64,000 nt of DNA from Armatimonadota bacterium. Its GTDB lineage: Bacteria; Armatimonadota; SYMT01. The notes beneath the pieces were generated by a model. It was given only the letters and a program-made list of their open reading frames with translations. It did no database searches and had not been told where the DNA came from. The stretch spans positions 115,587-179,586 of the forward strand of contig JAWLHY010000017.1 in NCBI GenBank assembly GCA_041690135.1, in the 5' to 3' direction. Within the stretch, counting starts at the first letter, position 1; each line of letters starts with the position of its first letter. Positions 33,601-43,210 of the stretch are shown piece after piece. A program made the position numbers and the translations under genes.

Positions 33601-33820
33601 CGGGATGATTCCGATGGCGTTGGCCCTGGGCGAGGGCGGTGAGCAGTCCGCGCCGCTGGGCCGGGCGGTTATCGGAGGCCTGGCGGCGGCGACCGTAGCG
33701 ACGGTGCTGGTGCTGCCGGCGGTCTTCGTGCTGGCGCAGGGGGGCAGCAGCGCCCAATCCGCTTCACTCGATCCGGACGACCCCGATAGCCGGCATTATG
33801 CCCCGGTTGCCGAGGCCTGA
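30659..33820 (+). CDS. RND efflux permease (AcrB/CusA superfamily)
   Basis: [27 protein letters not shown]...IENI, F.PL, SRLRPI.MT..AMIAGM.P.AL, PLG.AVIGGL. Confidence 0.95.
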   Translation: MNLVAGAMRRPITVLVLILALALGAGLAVQRMRVDILPELGTPIIYVAQPYGGMDPGQMEAFVTSYYEYHFLYATGIEHVESKSIQGVSLIKLFFHPGTNMSQALAEIIAYVNRSRAFMPPGTVPPFVMRFDAGSVPVGNLVFSSETRSLGEIADLALFKVRPQFSTLPGVSAPPPFGGQIRTMVVRVDPEKLRSYNVSPDEVVRAVAASNTISPSGAIRIGDRMPMVPVNSIVPAIKELEGLPIRAGANPVFLRDVGDLKDTSDVPTSYALVNGRRTVYIPVTKRADASTLSVVSEVKANLARFQSMVPEDIRVSYEFDQSPYVIRAIEGLGMEGLLGALLTGLMVLLFLRDWRSALVVVLNIPLALLAAVIGLWATGQTVNIMTLGGMALAVGILVDEATVSIENIHTHLARGKPMARAVMDASQETQVPRLLAMLCVLAVFLPSFAMVGVARALFVPLSLSVGFAMAASYVLSSTFVPVLSTWILKHHGHAAPAKPSRWSMARLQEDYRNGMSGALRYRPMIVLGYLGLSGLILVAVAPQLGVEIFPSVDTGRLRIRMKAPTGTRIEKTEDYLLRTLDVIKGHVGEKNVTGSLAFLGVQPSAFPINVIHLWTAGPEDAVVQVQLNEHAHFPGEELREALREKLRAEMPEVQYSFEPADIVGQVMSFGSPTPIEVAVSGPSLAEDREHAEKIRAALAEIPSLRDLQFGQSLDYPTLAVNIDRERAAMIGLTTQDIARSLVAATSSSRFTEPNFWRDPNSGVAYQVQVQVPTDRMNSVDEIRNLPVSRGGDQQVLLRSVAKVTGSTAVAEYDRYNMQRMVTLTANVVGEDLGRVSRKIQAALEKAGEPPKRVKVAVRGQIAPLERLQAGLQTGLVMAVVVIFLLLAANFQSLRLALVAISTVPAVLCGVVVGLWLTGTTLNIQSFMGAIMAIGVAVANAILLVTFAERARVGGLHATEAAAEGAASRLRPIVMTSAAMIAGMIPMALALGEGGEQSAPLGRAVIGGLAAATVATVLVLPAVFVLAQGGSSAQSASLDPDDPDSRHYAPVAEA

Positions 33821-33960
33821 CGCAGTCAGTCAGGCTGGTGTTAAGGATGCGGGGCAGGCGCCTTTTGGGTGCCTGCCTCTTTCTGAAAGTGCGAGAGGGG
33901 CATCCCAATACCCCGCCGCGTTTCGTGAATGCCGCCCGGGAATTCGGCGTCAACCACGGC

Positions 33961-34169
33961 GCGGAGTGGGAGTCCCGACGTTAGTCGGGTTTTTCCTTGC
34001 GACCACCGATTCCGAACCCGGGACTAGCGTCCGGACTCCCCTCACGGGCTCAGGCGGGTTCAGAGACGATTATCTTCTCTACGTCCCGTGGCGATCGCCA
34101 GGGCGGTAGGCCACCTCTGCAGCGCGGGGTGGGAGTCCGGACGCTAGTCCGCTTCTTCCTTGCGACCAT
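33961..34169. repeat. REP-like cluster: three copies of GGGAGTCCGGACGCTAGTCC in alternating orientation
   Basis: Copies at 33968 (+, degenerate), 34021-34040 (-) and 34131-34150 (+); ~46-bp direct repeat 33961-34006 vs 34124-34169. Confidence 0.75.
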
Positions 34170-34234
34170 GGGCGCTGACCCTAGAACCGGAGCACGGACT
34201 TCTGGTTCCCTTCCGATATCACGCACCGATCTGT

Positions 34235-35710
34235 CTACTTGGTAGGGAGGTCCTTCAAGGTTTCCTCCAGGCGCTTCCGGTAACCGGGATCAAGGTCGGG
34301 GCGCTTCAGGAGGCCTTCGAGGCCCACACGGCTTCTCTCCAGGTCCTTATCCAGCGCCAGGACCACCAGGAGGGCAAACTGGGTTTCGGGGTCATCCCCG
34401 CGGATCTCTAGCGCACGGGTAAGATGGTGGCGTGCTTCCAGCGATTCGGGCCGGCCTCGCAGGAGCAGCACCGCGAGGTTATAACGGGCTACCGCACTAT
34501 CCACATCCAGTCCAATTGCCTTTCGCAACGCTTCCACAGCGCCCTCGCGGTCCTCTTCCGCGAGCAGAATTCCTTTGAGGGCCCAGTCCTGAGCACGCGG
34601 CGTGATCTTGAGCCGGGCTTCGATCCGGGCCAGAATCGCCTCACGAAGCTCGCTGCTGTTGCCCTCGGCCACTGCCAGCCAGTCTGCCGCTCCCTCTCTC
34701 TTGGGCGCCAGCGTCAACACGGTTTCGAACGCGGCACGCGTGGCGCCCCAATCCCTTCGGGCGAGAGCGAGCCAGCCGTCCGCCTCCGCGAGGAGCAGGC
34801 GTTCCGCGCCTGCTTTGCGCGCCGCTTCCGCAGCGCGCTCCAGTTCTTGCCGCTCTTGCGGGGTAATCGCGGTCGCGCTGTTGGCCAGGAATCGCGCCGT
34901 ATGCCAGAGGGTGTCGATTCTGCCGGGGCTGTTCCGGACCAATTCCAGCAACTCCTTGCGCATGGAAGCCAAATCCGGCGCCGCAGTAGCCGGAACTGCG
35001 CCCGGCGGTAGCAGTTCCGCCATCAATGGGCGCACGAAGCGCAGGGTGATCCGGCCCGAGCGGGGCGCTGGTTCTCCCGGGGCGAGTTCGACGGCCCGGT
35101 CGTAAGCTGACTCCGCCGCTTTCAAATCGGCGTTCAAATCGGAAATGAATTGGGCAGGCAGAGGCTGATTCCCGCGTCCGAGTCGCAGCAGCACACGCCA
35201 GTGGTGATCGGCTCGACGGAAGTGCGCGTCGCCCAACAGAAGCTGCGCTCGCCACGCTTTCGGCTGTATGACCGCCAACTTCTGCGCCAGTGGTACCGCC
35301 CGCAGGCCTACATCCGCGCCGACCATGGCCTCCACGGTCCACTCGAGCAGCCGCTCATCATTGGGCTTCTTCCGGTGAGCCGCCTCGACCAGGGCGAGCA
35401 CCTTGGTCCACTCTTCCTGGGCCGCGGGATCCGCCGCTTCTTCCGCTAGGAATGCCAGGCTGCGGCGCGTCTCCAGGTCGGATGAACCCGCGGGGACAGT
35501 CTCTCGCTTCCGCGCCAGGTCGGCGCGCACGTCCAGTCGCGGTGCGAACCGAAGATCGGACGGAGCGAAGGTCGTCGGCTGGGAGTAAACCGTGCGCAAC
35601 CGGGTCACCAGGCGCGAAGGGTCAGGCATCTTCTGCGTGGTGGGAGCAGCATCCGGGGCGGCCGTGGTGAGGGTGGACAGCACGCCTGCCAGGCAAATGA
35701 GGGAGTGCAT
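34235..35710 (-). CDS. Exported TPR-repeat protein
   Basis: Signal peptide; repeated TPR-like helices (A..LLGDAHF, AYDRAVELAP, ALRKAI.LD....ARYNLA). Confidence 0.75.
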   Translation of the reverse strand: MHSLICLAGVLSTLTTAAPDAAPTTQKMPDPSRLVTRLRTVYSQPTTFAPSDLRFAPRLDVRADLARKRETVPAGSSDLETRRSLAFLAEEAADPAAQEEWTKVLALVEAAHRKKPNDERLLEWTVEAMVGADVGLRAVPLAQKLAVIQPKAWRAQLLLGDAHFRRADHHWRVLLRLGRGNQPLPAQFISDLNADLKAAESAYDRAVELAPGEPAPRSGRITLRFVRPLMAELLPPGAVPATAAPDLASMRKELLELVRNSPGRIDTLWHTARFLANSATAITPQERQELERAAEAARKAGAERLLLAEADGWLALARRDWGATRAAFETVLTLAPKREGAADWLAVAEGNSSELREAILARIEARLKITPRAQDWALKGILLAEEDREGAVEALRKAIGLDVDSAVARYNLAVLLLRGRPESLEARHHLTRALEIRGDDPETQFALLVVLALDKDLERSRVGLEGLLKRPDLDPGYRKRLEETLKDLPTK

Positions 35711-35795
35711 CGTTGCGATTCCGGGAAGAACAAGAAGAAGCTTCGCCCCGCAGTATACAAGCAGTGAAGCAAGGCGAGGAGCGCACCTGGACGGG

Positions 35796-35813
35796 TTTAA
35801 GGTCCCGTTAATG
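35796..35813 (+). promoter_or_regulatory. Pho-box-like 11-bp direct repeat (distal, porin gene)
   Basis: tttaagg-tccc-gttaatg. Confidence 0.45.
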
Positions 35814-36022
35814 TAGAAGTCGGAAACCTTAAGACGGTTTCACGCGAGAATTGCCGTCGTCTTGCTTTTCATGCTTCCGGCACTCTCGCAGGGGGTATCC
35901 GCATGCCGGCAGTGTCGTGAGAGGTCCGGAGCTTCGAAAAGAGGCCCTTTTTGTGATTTTCCCGCCTCTTGGGCCTGCTCTTCGCGTGAGAGTTTGTCGC
36001 TTGGTTGGGGGGCGCCCAACGA

Positions 36023-36040
36023 CTTAAGCGTTCGTTAAGA
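36023..36040 (+). promoter_or_regulatory. Pho-box-like 11-bp direct repeat (proximal, porin gene)
   Basis: cttaagc-gttc-gttaaga. Confidence 0.55.
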
Positions 36041-36156
36041 CCGCTTGGGCGGAGTTGCTACCAAAACACGACGGTGAATGCTGGGTGAACGCCCCCATCC
36101 CGGCAACCGTGACCGGCGCTGGGCGCCAATGAATCGGGGCGTCGTGGAGTGAATGA

Positions 36157-37818
36157 ATGAAAGTTGCGCACTGGCTCGTCTCCGCCGCCTTTTGTGTGCC
36201 TGCCGTGGCCGCAGGGGCAGCGGAAGTCGCCGCCCCTCTGCCACCGGCCGACGCTGCTGTCGCCGAGTCGCGCCCGGAGGAGGTTGGGAGTAAAGATTGG
36301 TCTTACCAGGCGGTCGAGGATCTCGCCCGCCGAGGCCTCATCCACGGTTACAAGGATGCGAAGTTTTTGGAGGGCCGAACGCTCACCCGCTATGAAATGG
36401 CCTCCATCGTCAAGCGCGTCCTGGACCGCATCCTGCAGATCGGAGTTCCTTCGGAACCTAAGCCCGCGGAAGCGGAAGTTCCCGGATCGCTCGATCCGCG
36501 CGCGCAGGGCGTGGAGAACATCCCTACGGGCAAGCCGCAGGCGGCTGGGATCTCTATCCGGGATGCCGGGTTCCGGGATGCGGATCTCCCGGTAGTTCGG
36601 CGCCTGGCCGACGCCTACTCGGTGGAACTGGCCGTCATTGGGGTTAACCTCCAGGACGCGATCCAGCGGATGGCCGCACTTGAAGGGCGGCTCGACGCCG
36701 TGGAGAAGACGCTCCAGGATCCGAAAGGCCCGCTCCAGAAGGCGATCACCGACATTACGCGTCTCGACAAGATCCGCTTCTCGGGCTACGTGCAGTTCCG
36801 CTACGAATCGTTTGAGAACACGCGGGAAGCGGACCCTCCTGGGCCTCGCATCCCGATCACCGATCGTTTCACCATTCGGCGAATGCGGATGACCCTCAAT
36901 GCACGTCCCACCAATAAGACCTTTATCAAGTGGGAGTTCGAAGGAAGTTCGCTGGACATCCAGAGCCGGGATACCTTTGTCAGCTATTTCGTCAACGGGA
37001 ACCCTGCCACGGGATATACAGTCACCTTCGGTCAGATGAAGGTGCCGTTCGGTTTCGAAATTGCCCAGTCTTCCGGTCAACGCGAGACGTTGGAACGTGC
37101 GCGCGTGATCCGCTTCTTCTATCCTAGCGAACGCGATCGCGGCATTAAGGTAACTTCTCCCACGGGCAAACGGTGGATCTACGACCTGGGTCTTTACAAC
37201 GGCGTGGTCGGACCGGGCACACAGGCAATTGGTCTGAACGATAACAACAACAACAAAGACGTGATCGGTAGAATCCGCACGTCCCAGTTGAATAACAAGC
37301 TGGACGCCGGGTTCTCCTTCCACCTGGGGAATTCTCTTCGGACGGCCCTCTTCGCTGGTGAACCGGCACGTCCCAGCGGCCCGGCCAGCGCCGCCAACCC
37401 TTACGAAAACGAACGGATCACCCTCGGCGCCGACGTGCAATACCAACTTCGGGAAGGTACGGAGCTTCGCGGGGAGTTCCTGTGGGGGAAGGCGAAGGGA
37501 AGCTATGCGAAGGGCTACATCCTTCAGGCGCTCCACGACCTGAACCCCAAGAACCAGTTCGTAGTTCGGTACGACTGGTTGGGCATCGAGAACATCGTTC
37601 CGGCCCCACTTGGGAACGGCGGGACACCGGTGGGCGATTCCGTGGCTTATCGCGGCACTCTCAGCAACCTTGCTGTTGGGTTGATCCACCGGCTGGAGAC
37701 TAATATCCGGCTGAAACTCTTCTATGAGATGAGCGAACTGGGCCAGAAGCGCCTGAGTTATGGTCGGGTGCCATGGCAGGGGAACGTGTTGCGGTTCGAG
37801 ATCCTGACGCTTTTCTAA
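36157..37818 (+). CDS. SLH-anchored phosphate-selective porin (OprO/OprP-like barrel)
   Basis: Signal peptide; SLH (WSYQAV..L...GL..GY....F.....TRYEMA); coiled coil; SGYVQFRY, F.IRR.R, GQ.K.PFG.E..QSS, ERA, RD.G, NG.G, DNN.NKD..GR; terminal Phe. Confidence 0.82.
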   Translation: MKVAHWLVSAAFCVPAVAAGAAEVAAPLPPADAAVAESRPEEVGSKDWSYQAVEDLARRGLIHGYKDAKFLEGRTLTRYEMASIVKRVLDRILQIGVPSEPKPAEAEVPGSLDPRAQGVENIPTGKPQAAGISIRDAGFRDADLPVVRRLADAYSVELAVIGVNLQDAIQRMAALEGRLDAVEKTLQDPKGPLQKAITDITRLDKIRFSGYVQFRYESFENTREADPPGPRIPITDRFTIRRMRMTLNARPTNKTFIKWEFEGSSLDIQSRDTFVSYFVNGNPATGYTVTFGQMKVPFGFEIAQSSGQRETLERARVIRFFYPSERDRGIKVTSPTGKRWIYDLGLYNGVVGPGTQAIGLNDNNNNKDVIGRIRTSQLNNKLDAGFSFHLGNSLRTALFAGEPARPSGPASAANPYENERITLGADVQYQLREGTELRGEFLWGKAKGSYAKGYILQALHDLNPKNQFVVRYDWLGIENIVPAPLGNGGTPVGDSVAYRGTLSNLAVGLIHRLETNIRLKLFYEMSELGQKRLSYGRVPWQGNVLRFEILTLF

Positions 37819-37855
37819 AGAGTGCCCGCGAAGTTGACCCTCGCGAGATAGGAAG

Positions 37856-37910
37856 AAGCCCGGTTGTCCTGTTGGGTAGGTTCCCAGCAGGATGGCCGGG
37901 TTTTTTTGTT
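37856..37910 (+). terminator. Intrinsic terminator after the porin gene
   Basis: cccggttgtcctgttggg / cccagcaggatggccggg stem (with G-U pairs) followed by T7. Confidence 0.8.
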
Positions 37911-38200
37911 TGGCACAGTTCGGGAGAATTGTTACCGGAATGCAGCCCGGGTGCGACGCATGATCCTGGTCGGGGACAGCCCTAGCTGCGCCAGGTGTAC
38001 GAGCCGACCTTACCACCGCCATCCTGGCTACCAGGGTGCATTGCGGGCGCAGCACAAAAGCGGAGCGGTTCTTGCCTGGGACTAGAACTAACCTCCGCCC
38101 TCTCGGCCCCCTACCCCCCAACCTGGGGAAAGGAGGAGTCTTTCACCCAGCGCTCGTGCCCCTGCGGGTGTAGCTGGGGCTCTTTCGTAGGAGGGCATAC

Positions 38201-38252
38201 AGCAAAAGAGGCCTGGTTTCTCTCCGAGATCGAACCGGAGAGAAACCAGGCC
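38201..38252 (-). terminator. Intrinsic terminator after sulP
   Basis: 17-bp perfect stem ggcctggtttctctccg/cggagagaaaccaggcc followed by tcttttg on the minus strand. Confidence 0.78.
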
Positions 38253-38315
38253 CAGTTGTTGGCGTTGGCTCGTCAACAAATAAAAGGATTCCTGGGAGTT
38301 ACATTCCCAGGTGTT

Positions 38316-39836
38316 TTAGCCGACGCCTTCCACAGCGGGGACCGCGGCCTTTTCCGCCCTCACCTTAGGGCGCGCGTGGCTCTTCTCCCACACCTGCTTG
38401 AGCTGGCTGAGATCCACGGTGCCGTCCATCTTTTCATAAGTCGACTGCCAGGAAGTGAGCGCTTCCAACCCGGCATGATCGATGAACCGCAGGTTCAGGT
38501 CGAAGTTGACCTCCTTGCCGGCCGGGATGGTGGAGAGGCGGGTCAGCAGTTTCGGCACTCCGGCGAAGGTGAGGGTGCCGTCCAGGTACACCTGCCAGGC
38601 GTTTTCGCCCTGCTTCTCCACGTGCACTTCCACGTGGGTGATCTTCCAGAGCAGACGGAAGAGGGCGACGGCGAAACCGATTCCCAGGCCCATCAGCAGG
38701 TTGGTCGCCACGATGGCCACTACGGTCACCACGTAAACCGCCAGTTCACCGTGGTGCTGCAGATCCTGGATGTGCTTTTTATTCACCAGCTTACAGCCGG
38801 TGTAGACCAGGAGGCCCGCCAGAGCCGCCAACGGGATCTTCGTGATCAGGCCCGGCAGCAGGGTCACGAAGAGCAGCATCCAGACGCCGTGGAGGATGGC
38901 GGAGAGCCGCGTCTTTCCACCGGCCGTGATGTTGGCGGTACTTCGCACGATCACGCCGGTGATCGGGAGACCGCCGATCAGCCCGGAAAGGGTATTTCCC
39001 GCTCCCTGCGCCATCAGCTCCTTGTGAAGGTTGCACCGGGGACCGGTGTGGAGCTTGTCCGTGGCGACCGCGCAGAGGAGCGATTCGGCGCTCGCCACGA
39101 AGCAGAGCGTCAGCACGGCACCGATGTAGGCACCCAGATTGGCGCCCGGCAAAGCGGGCAGGCTAAAGCTTTCCAGGAGACTTCCGCCCAGCTCCACGCG
39201 AGCGATGTTGAGGTTGAGGGCGAGCGAGACTCCCGTGCCCACGAGCACGGCAGCCAACGCGGCCGGGAACGAGCGTACCCTGGAAGGCAACATCGGCCAG
39301 GCTACAAGCACGGCGATTACGAGCACCCCCACCAACACCGACGAGGGGTCCATGTGCGCGGCATGCTCGGGAAGCGAGAAGAGAGTCTTGAGACCCTTTC
39401 CGCCCGCCTCGTGACCCAGGACCACGTGGGCCTGGGAGAGGGCGATGAGGATTCCGATCGCCGCCAGCATTCCGTGGATAACGGCCGGCGCCATCCCGAG
39501 GGCTACGGGCGCCACACCCATCGCCCCCAGAGTTAACTGAAGGAGGCCCGCTCCCACGGTGATGGCGCAGGTCATTTGCCAGCCGAACTGCTGGATGAAG
39601 CCCAGCATAATCACCGTGAGGCCGGCGGCGGGGCCACTCACCTGAAGAGGCGCGCCCGAAAGGGCGCCGACGACGATTCCTCCGACCATGGCGGCGATGA
39701 GGCCCGCCATCATGGGAGCGCCCGACGCCAGGGCTATCCCCAGGGAGAGGGGTAGCGCCACCAGGAAAACAACTAACGATGCCGACAGGTCGCCAGCCAG
39801 GGTCTTTCCGCTGGCGTTCTCATTCTGCGTCTTCAT
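38316..39836 (-). CDS. SulP/SLC26 anion (probably bicarbonate) transporter with short STAS-like tail
   Basis: VVFLVALPLSLGIALASG, QVSGPAAGL, ESLL, EL.AQG.GN, GGLP.TGVIVRS.AN, TR.S.ILHG, FIDH; directly downstream of carbonic anhydrase. Confidence 0.93.
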   Translation of the reverse strand: MKTQNENASGKTLAGDLSASLVVFLVALPLSLGIALASGAPMMAGLIAAMVGGIVVGALSGAPLQVSGPAAGLTVIMLGFIQQFGWQMTCAITVGAGLLQLTLGAMGVAPVALGMAPAVIHGMLAAIGILIALSQAHVVLGHEAGGKGLKTLFSLPEHAAHMDPSSVLVGVLVIAVLVAWPMLPSRVRSFPAALAAVLVGTGVSLALNLNIARVELGGSLLESFSLPALPGANLGAYIGAVLTLCFVASAESLLCAVATDKLHTGPRCNLHKELMAQGAGNTLSGLIGGLPITGVIVRSTANITAGGKTRLSAILHGVWMLLFVTLLPGLITKIPLAALAGLLVYTGCKLVNKKHIQDLQHHGELAVYVVTVVAIVATNLLMGLGIGFAVALFRLLWKITHVEVHVEKQGENAWQVYLDGTLTFAGVPKLLTRLSTIPAGKEVNFDLNLRFIDHAGLEALTSWQSTYEKMDGTVDLSQLKQVWEKSHARPKVRAEKAAVPAVEGVG

Positions 39837-39971
39837 CTGCAATACATCCCACTAAAAACCTGATATCTGCGGCACAACTTCGGCAACAGCGCCGTCCGGC
39901 GGCAGGTTTCAGCTTGGGCCTTTGCGGCGCCCATCTGCTCAACCCCGTCTGCCGGAGGATGCGCGCAACGA

Positions 39972-40676
39972 CTACACCATGGCCTCCGCCACTACGGCGG
40001 TCCGGCGGCCATTGCCGCGCCCGGCGCTTCCCACGGGAGCGACCTCGCTCGAAGCGTCCCAGCGAGCAATGGGCTGGAATTGCTCCTGCTCGGGGTCATA
40101 CGCGAATACCTCGCCGGTCTCGATCTTGTAGACCCAGCCGTGCAAGTTCAGCGCTCCCCGCGCGATGGCCGCCGCGACCGCCGGATGCGTTCGCAGGTTC
40201 TCGAGCTGGACCAGCACGTTTTCCTCGATGGTCGCCGTGAGGAGAGCGCTCCCCGAGAGGTGCTGATAGTTGGCCTTGACGATGCGGCGGGTGGACTCGG
40301 CGTGGGAAAGCCAGTTCTGGACCGCCGGCAACTCAATCAGTGCGTCCGGTTGAAGGAGGCCGCCCATCGCCCCGCAGTGCGAATGCCCGCAGATGATGAT
40401 GTCCTTGACCCCGAGCGCCGCGACTGCGTACTCGATGGTCGCTCCTTCACCGCCGTTGGCTGCGCCAAAAGGCGGGATGATGTTTCCCGCGTTGCGCAGG
40501 ATGAACAGGTCACCCGGCTGGGTTTGGGTGATCAGGTTCGGGTTGATCCGAGAGTCGGAACAGGTGATGAACAGCGCCTCGGGGGATTGCCCCTTGGCCA
40601 GCCGTTCGAAAAGGTCCCTTTGCGAGCTGAAGATATTTGCCTGGAAGTGGTGAAGGCCCTGGATGAGCTTTTGCAT
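39972..40676 (-). CDS. can: Beta-class carbonic anhydrase
   Basis: [33 protein letters not shown] Zn ligands, HGWVY.IETG; AAGGA RBS before ATG 40676. Confidence 0.95.
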   Translation of the reverse strand: MQKLIQGLHHFQANIFSSQRDLFERLAKGQSPEALFITCSDSRINPNLITQTQPGDLFILRNAGNIIPPFGAANGGEGATIEYAVAALGVKDIIICGHSHCGAMGGLLQPDALIELPAVQNWLSHAESTRRIVKANYQHLSGSALLTATIEENVLVQLENLRTHPAVAAAIARGALNLHGWVYKIETGEVFAYDPEQEQFQPIARWDASSEVAPVGSAGRGNGRRTAVVAEAMV

Positions 40677-41130
40677 TTGTTTGGTTTCCTTGCCGGCATC
40701 TCGCGGAGAGTGCCGTGCGGATTTCCTCTGATGCCGACGTTGGGCACCTGCGTCGGCAACACGCACGGCGGCCTGCAAGCTGTGCCTGCTGGTGACCGCT
40801 TACGGGACGAGCGACATTCAGGTGCTCTCGACCGTGCGAGCGGAAGCTCGCCGGGTCGCAAGGGTTTCAGATAGAGTTGGGATCGAGGCTTCACCGGGAG
40901 GCCGATACGCGTGATAGCCACACGCGCAGAACTTCGTGGGAAGTCTCGAGCTTGGCGGCGCCCGTGCTTCGCTCAGCCCACTCACAGCCGAAGCACGGTT
41001 GTGAAAGGGTAGGCGGTTGAATGGGCTACGAGATCGCGCTTAACCGGGCTCGGTTTGCAATCTCTTTTGAAGAGAGTGCCAAAGCCCCGTTACCGGTTGT
41101 AGACACGCCGCGCAGCCAGGCGCCTGATGA

Positions 41131-41517
41131 CTAGGCGGTTGGCGGACCTCGCCGGATAGGAGTTGCGGCGAGGTAGTGAGTAGGTGGGGCGAACTCGACC
41201 TCAAGTCCACGAGCAAGTGCCGTGGCGCTCGGTGATTGCACCGGCTTCGAGATCAGCGTGCGGGCGGAACGACTGAGGAGCGGCATCCGCCGGAAGCGGC
41301 GACAAACGGACTTTGCCACCGAATGACCGGTCTGGTGCTCTTCTTCCTCATGGCCCTGATTTTGGGCCGGCGCCTGGTTGCTGATCGGATGAGCCTGGCC
41401 CGTCTGGAGCATCAGCATCACCTGGGGTGACGCACCGAAATGCACCAGCGGTAACACCACTGCTAGCCAAACTATCAGCCAGAACTGGTTTGTAGGGCGT
41501 TTGCGCAAGGGCGTCAT
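41131..41517 (-). CDS. Putative regulatory leader / ribosome-arrest peptide (N-terminal TM, His/Glu patch, C-terminal RRGPP)
   Basis: Basic N-terminus + FWLIVWLAVVLPLV hydrophobic segment; GHEEEEHQTGH; ends PIRRGPPTA-stop; same strand as and upstream of can-sulP. Confidence 0.6.
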   Translation of the reverse strand: MTPLRKRPTNQFWLIVWLAVVLPLVHFGASPQVMLMLQTGQAHPISNQAPAQNQGHEEEEHQTGHSVAKSVCRRFRRMPLLSRSARTLISKPVQSPSATALARGLEVEFAPPTHYLAATPIRRGPPTA

Positions 41518-41805
41518 ACCGGAGTGGGTCAAAGCGTCGTCGATGTCGTTCCCAACGGGTTGAGGTCTTGGGTGGAGGGTTCCCCACAGAGAACCATCTT
41601 ACACCACTAACCCATCTGAATGATAGCCCGCCCGCACCCCAGCGTCAACCGTGAGATTGGCTGTCGCTTAACCGTTTCCCCAGAAAAATCGTAGCGGACG
41701 TTCGGCCGCGGGGTGGTGGCTACTCCCGCATTATATGTCGGCTGGAAACGCCGAATGCTTAAACTGTCACGAGCTGATTGAGGTCTGGTAGGAGCCAGAG
41801 GTCGG

Positions 41806-41845
41806 GTTAAGCCGGATTTAAGCCGGTTCTCCGCTGCCGTTAAGC
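41806..41845 (+). promoter_or_regulatory. Pho-box-like array upstream of pstS
   Basis: gttaagc at 41806, tttaagc at 41817, gttaagc at 41839 (offsets 0, 11, 33). Confidence 0.7.
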
Positions 41846-42012
41846 CCCATTGCATACCATTCAAGCGCCGGAGGTCACCCCGCCCCGGAGGTTAGGCCTA
41901 TCGGGGATCAGCGGGCGCCCTAAGCCCTTTTGCGGGGGTGGGCGCCTTTGCCTCAACTCACTACGACCCTGCCCGGCTGCGAAGTGCCTTTCAGGGGAGG
42001 AGAAAGAATTCA

Positions 42013-42996
42013 ATGAACCGACGTGATGTCCTCGTGGCCGGCGCCATCCTCGTGGGTGGTGGTGCCCGCCCGCTGTTTGCGCAGGGCCTGTCCAGCACCA
42101 TCAAAGTGGATGGGTCCAGCACCGTCTTCCCGATCACCGAGGCGGTAGCCGAAGAGTTCCAGAAGAGGAACCCGCGTGTGAAGGTGACCGTGGGCATCAG
42201 CGGCACGGGTGGCGGGTTCAAGAAGTTCGGGGCGGGTGAAACGGACATTTCCGACGCCTCCCGACCGATCAAAAAGACAGAGGCCGCCCTGTGCGCGCGG
42301 AAGGGAATCGGCTACATCGAGCTGCCGGTGGCCTTCGATGCCCTATCGGTGGTGGTGAATCCGCAGAACACCTGGGCGAGCACGCTGACTGTGGCTGAGC
42401 TCAAGAAGATCTGGGAGCCCGCCGCGCAGGGCAAGATCACGAATTGGAACCAGGTGCGGCCGGGCTTCCCCAACCTGCCGCTGAAGCTTTACGGTCCCGG
42501 CGCTGATTCCGGCACGTTCGACTACTTCACCGAGGCGATCAACGGCAAAGAAAAGGCGAGCCGTGGAGACTTCACGGCGAGCGAGGATGACAACATCCTG
42601 GTGCAGGGGGTATCTCGCGACCGCGGCGGTCTTGGCTACTTCGGAATGGCCTACTACCTGGAAAACCGCAGCAAGCTGAAGGCCGTGGGAGTCGATGGGG
42701 GCAAGGGGCCGCAGATGCCGACTCCGCAGAATGTGGAGAAGGGCATCTACCAGCCGCTGGCTCGGCCGATCTTCATCTACGTGAGCACGAAATCGGTGGC
42801 CCGGCCGGAGGTCAGGGCGTTTGTCGATTTCTACCTGGCACATGCGGGCGGGCTGGTCAGGGAAGTCGGCTACGTACCGCTGCCCAAGAACGTCTACGCC
42901 CTGGCACAGAAGCGGTTTGCCGCGAAGAAGACCGGCTCCCTGTTCGAAGGCGGCTCCGAAATCGGCGTCACCCTCGAGGATCTGCTGAAGCGGTAG
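42013..42996 (+). CDS. pstS: Phosphate ABC transporter substrate-binding protein
   Basis: I.VDGSSTV.P, SGTGGG, DI..ASR, SGTFDYF, SEDDN, PL.RP.FIY; GGAGGA RBS. Confidence 0.96.
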   Translation: MNRRDVLVAGAILVGGGARPLFAQGLSSTIKVDGSSTVFPITEAVAEEFQKRNPRVKVTVGISGTGGGFKKFGAGETDISDASRPIKKTEAALCARKGIGYIELPVAFDALSVVVNPQNTWASTLTVAELKKIWEPAAQGKITNWNQVRPGFPNLPLKLYGPGADSGTFDYFTEAINGKEKASRGDFTASEDDNILVQGVSRDRGGLGYFGMAYYLENRSKLKAVGVDGGKGPQMPTPQNVEKGIYQPLARPIFIYVSTKSVARPEVRAFVDFYLAHAGGLVREVGYVPLPKNVYALAQKRFAAKKTGSLFEGGSEIGVTLEDLLKR

Positions 42997-43065
42997 CTTC
43001 CGGGAGGGGCCTGCGGATCCCGATCCCGGGGCCACAGGCCCCTCTCGCACCTGGAGAGGGGCAGA

Positions 43066-43083
43066 TTTAAGCTGCTGTTAAGC
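43066..43083 (+). promoter_or_regulatory. Pho-box-like repeat in the pstS-pstC spacer
   Basis: tttaagc-tgct-gttaagc, 11-bp period. Confidence 0.65.
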
Positions 43084-43210
43084 TGCGAAGCGGAAGGCAT
43101 CGCTTATGCTCTGAACGCGTCCGGTACACTATCTGGAACCGTCCAGGATCAGGTGGAAAGTGCCGGTGTCGCTGCCGGATCGTTGCCGTTTCGACGGACA
43201 TTGAGAGTTC

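Noticed and set aside
31418-33757. Long antisense ORFs (779 aa here; also 29517-30680, 36058-38121, 37995-39536, 59976-61700, 61713-63425 and others)
   Set aside because: They mirror well-supported genes on the opposite strand, have no motifs, and are expected from high-GC codon bias
33961-34169. Possible CRISPR array (also considered for 55352-55388 and 53565-53820)
   Set aside because: Units alternate in orientation or have no spacers, there are too few copies, and no cas genes are present
35836-35992. Possible structured ncRNA upstream of the phosphate porin (tcacgcga...tcgcgtga pairing)
   Set aside because: Short GC-rich pairing, no recognisable family motif, cannot be distinguished from chance without covariation data
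37243-37254. (AAC)4 tract in the porin as a phase-variation site
   Set aside because: Short, in frame, and part of the usual DNN..KD porin motif
41056-41081. Sigma54-like TGGCAC...TTGCA on the minus strand upstream of can
   Set aside because: Spacing is 15 nt rather than the required 5
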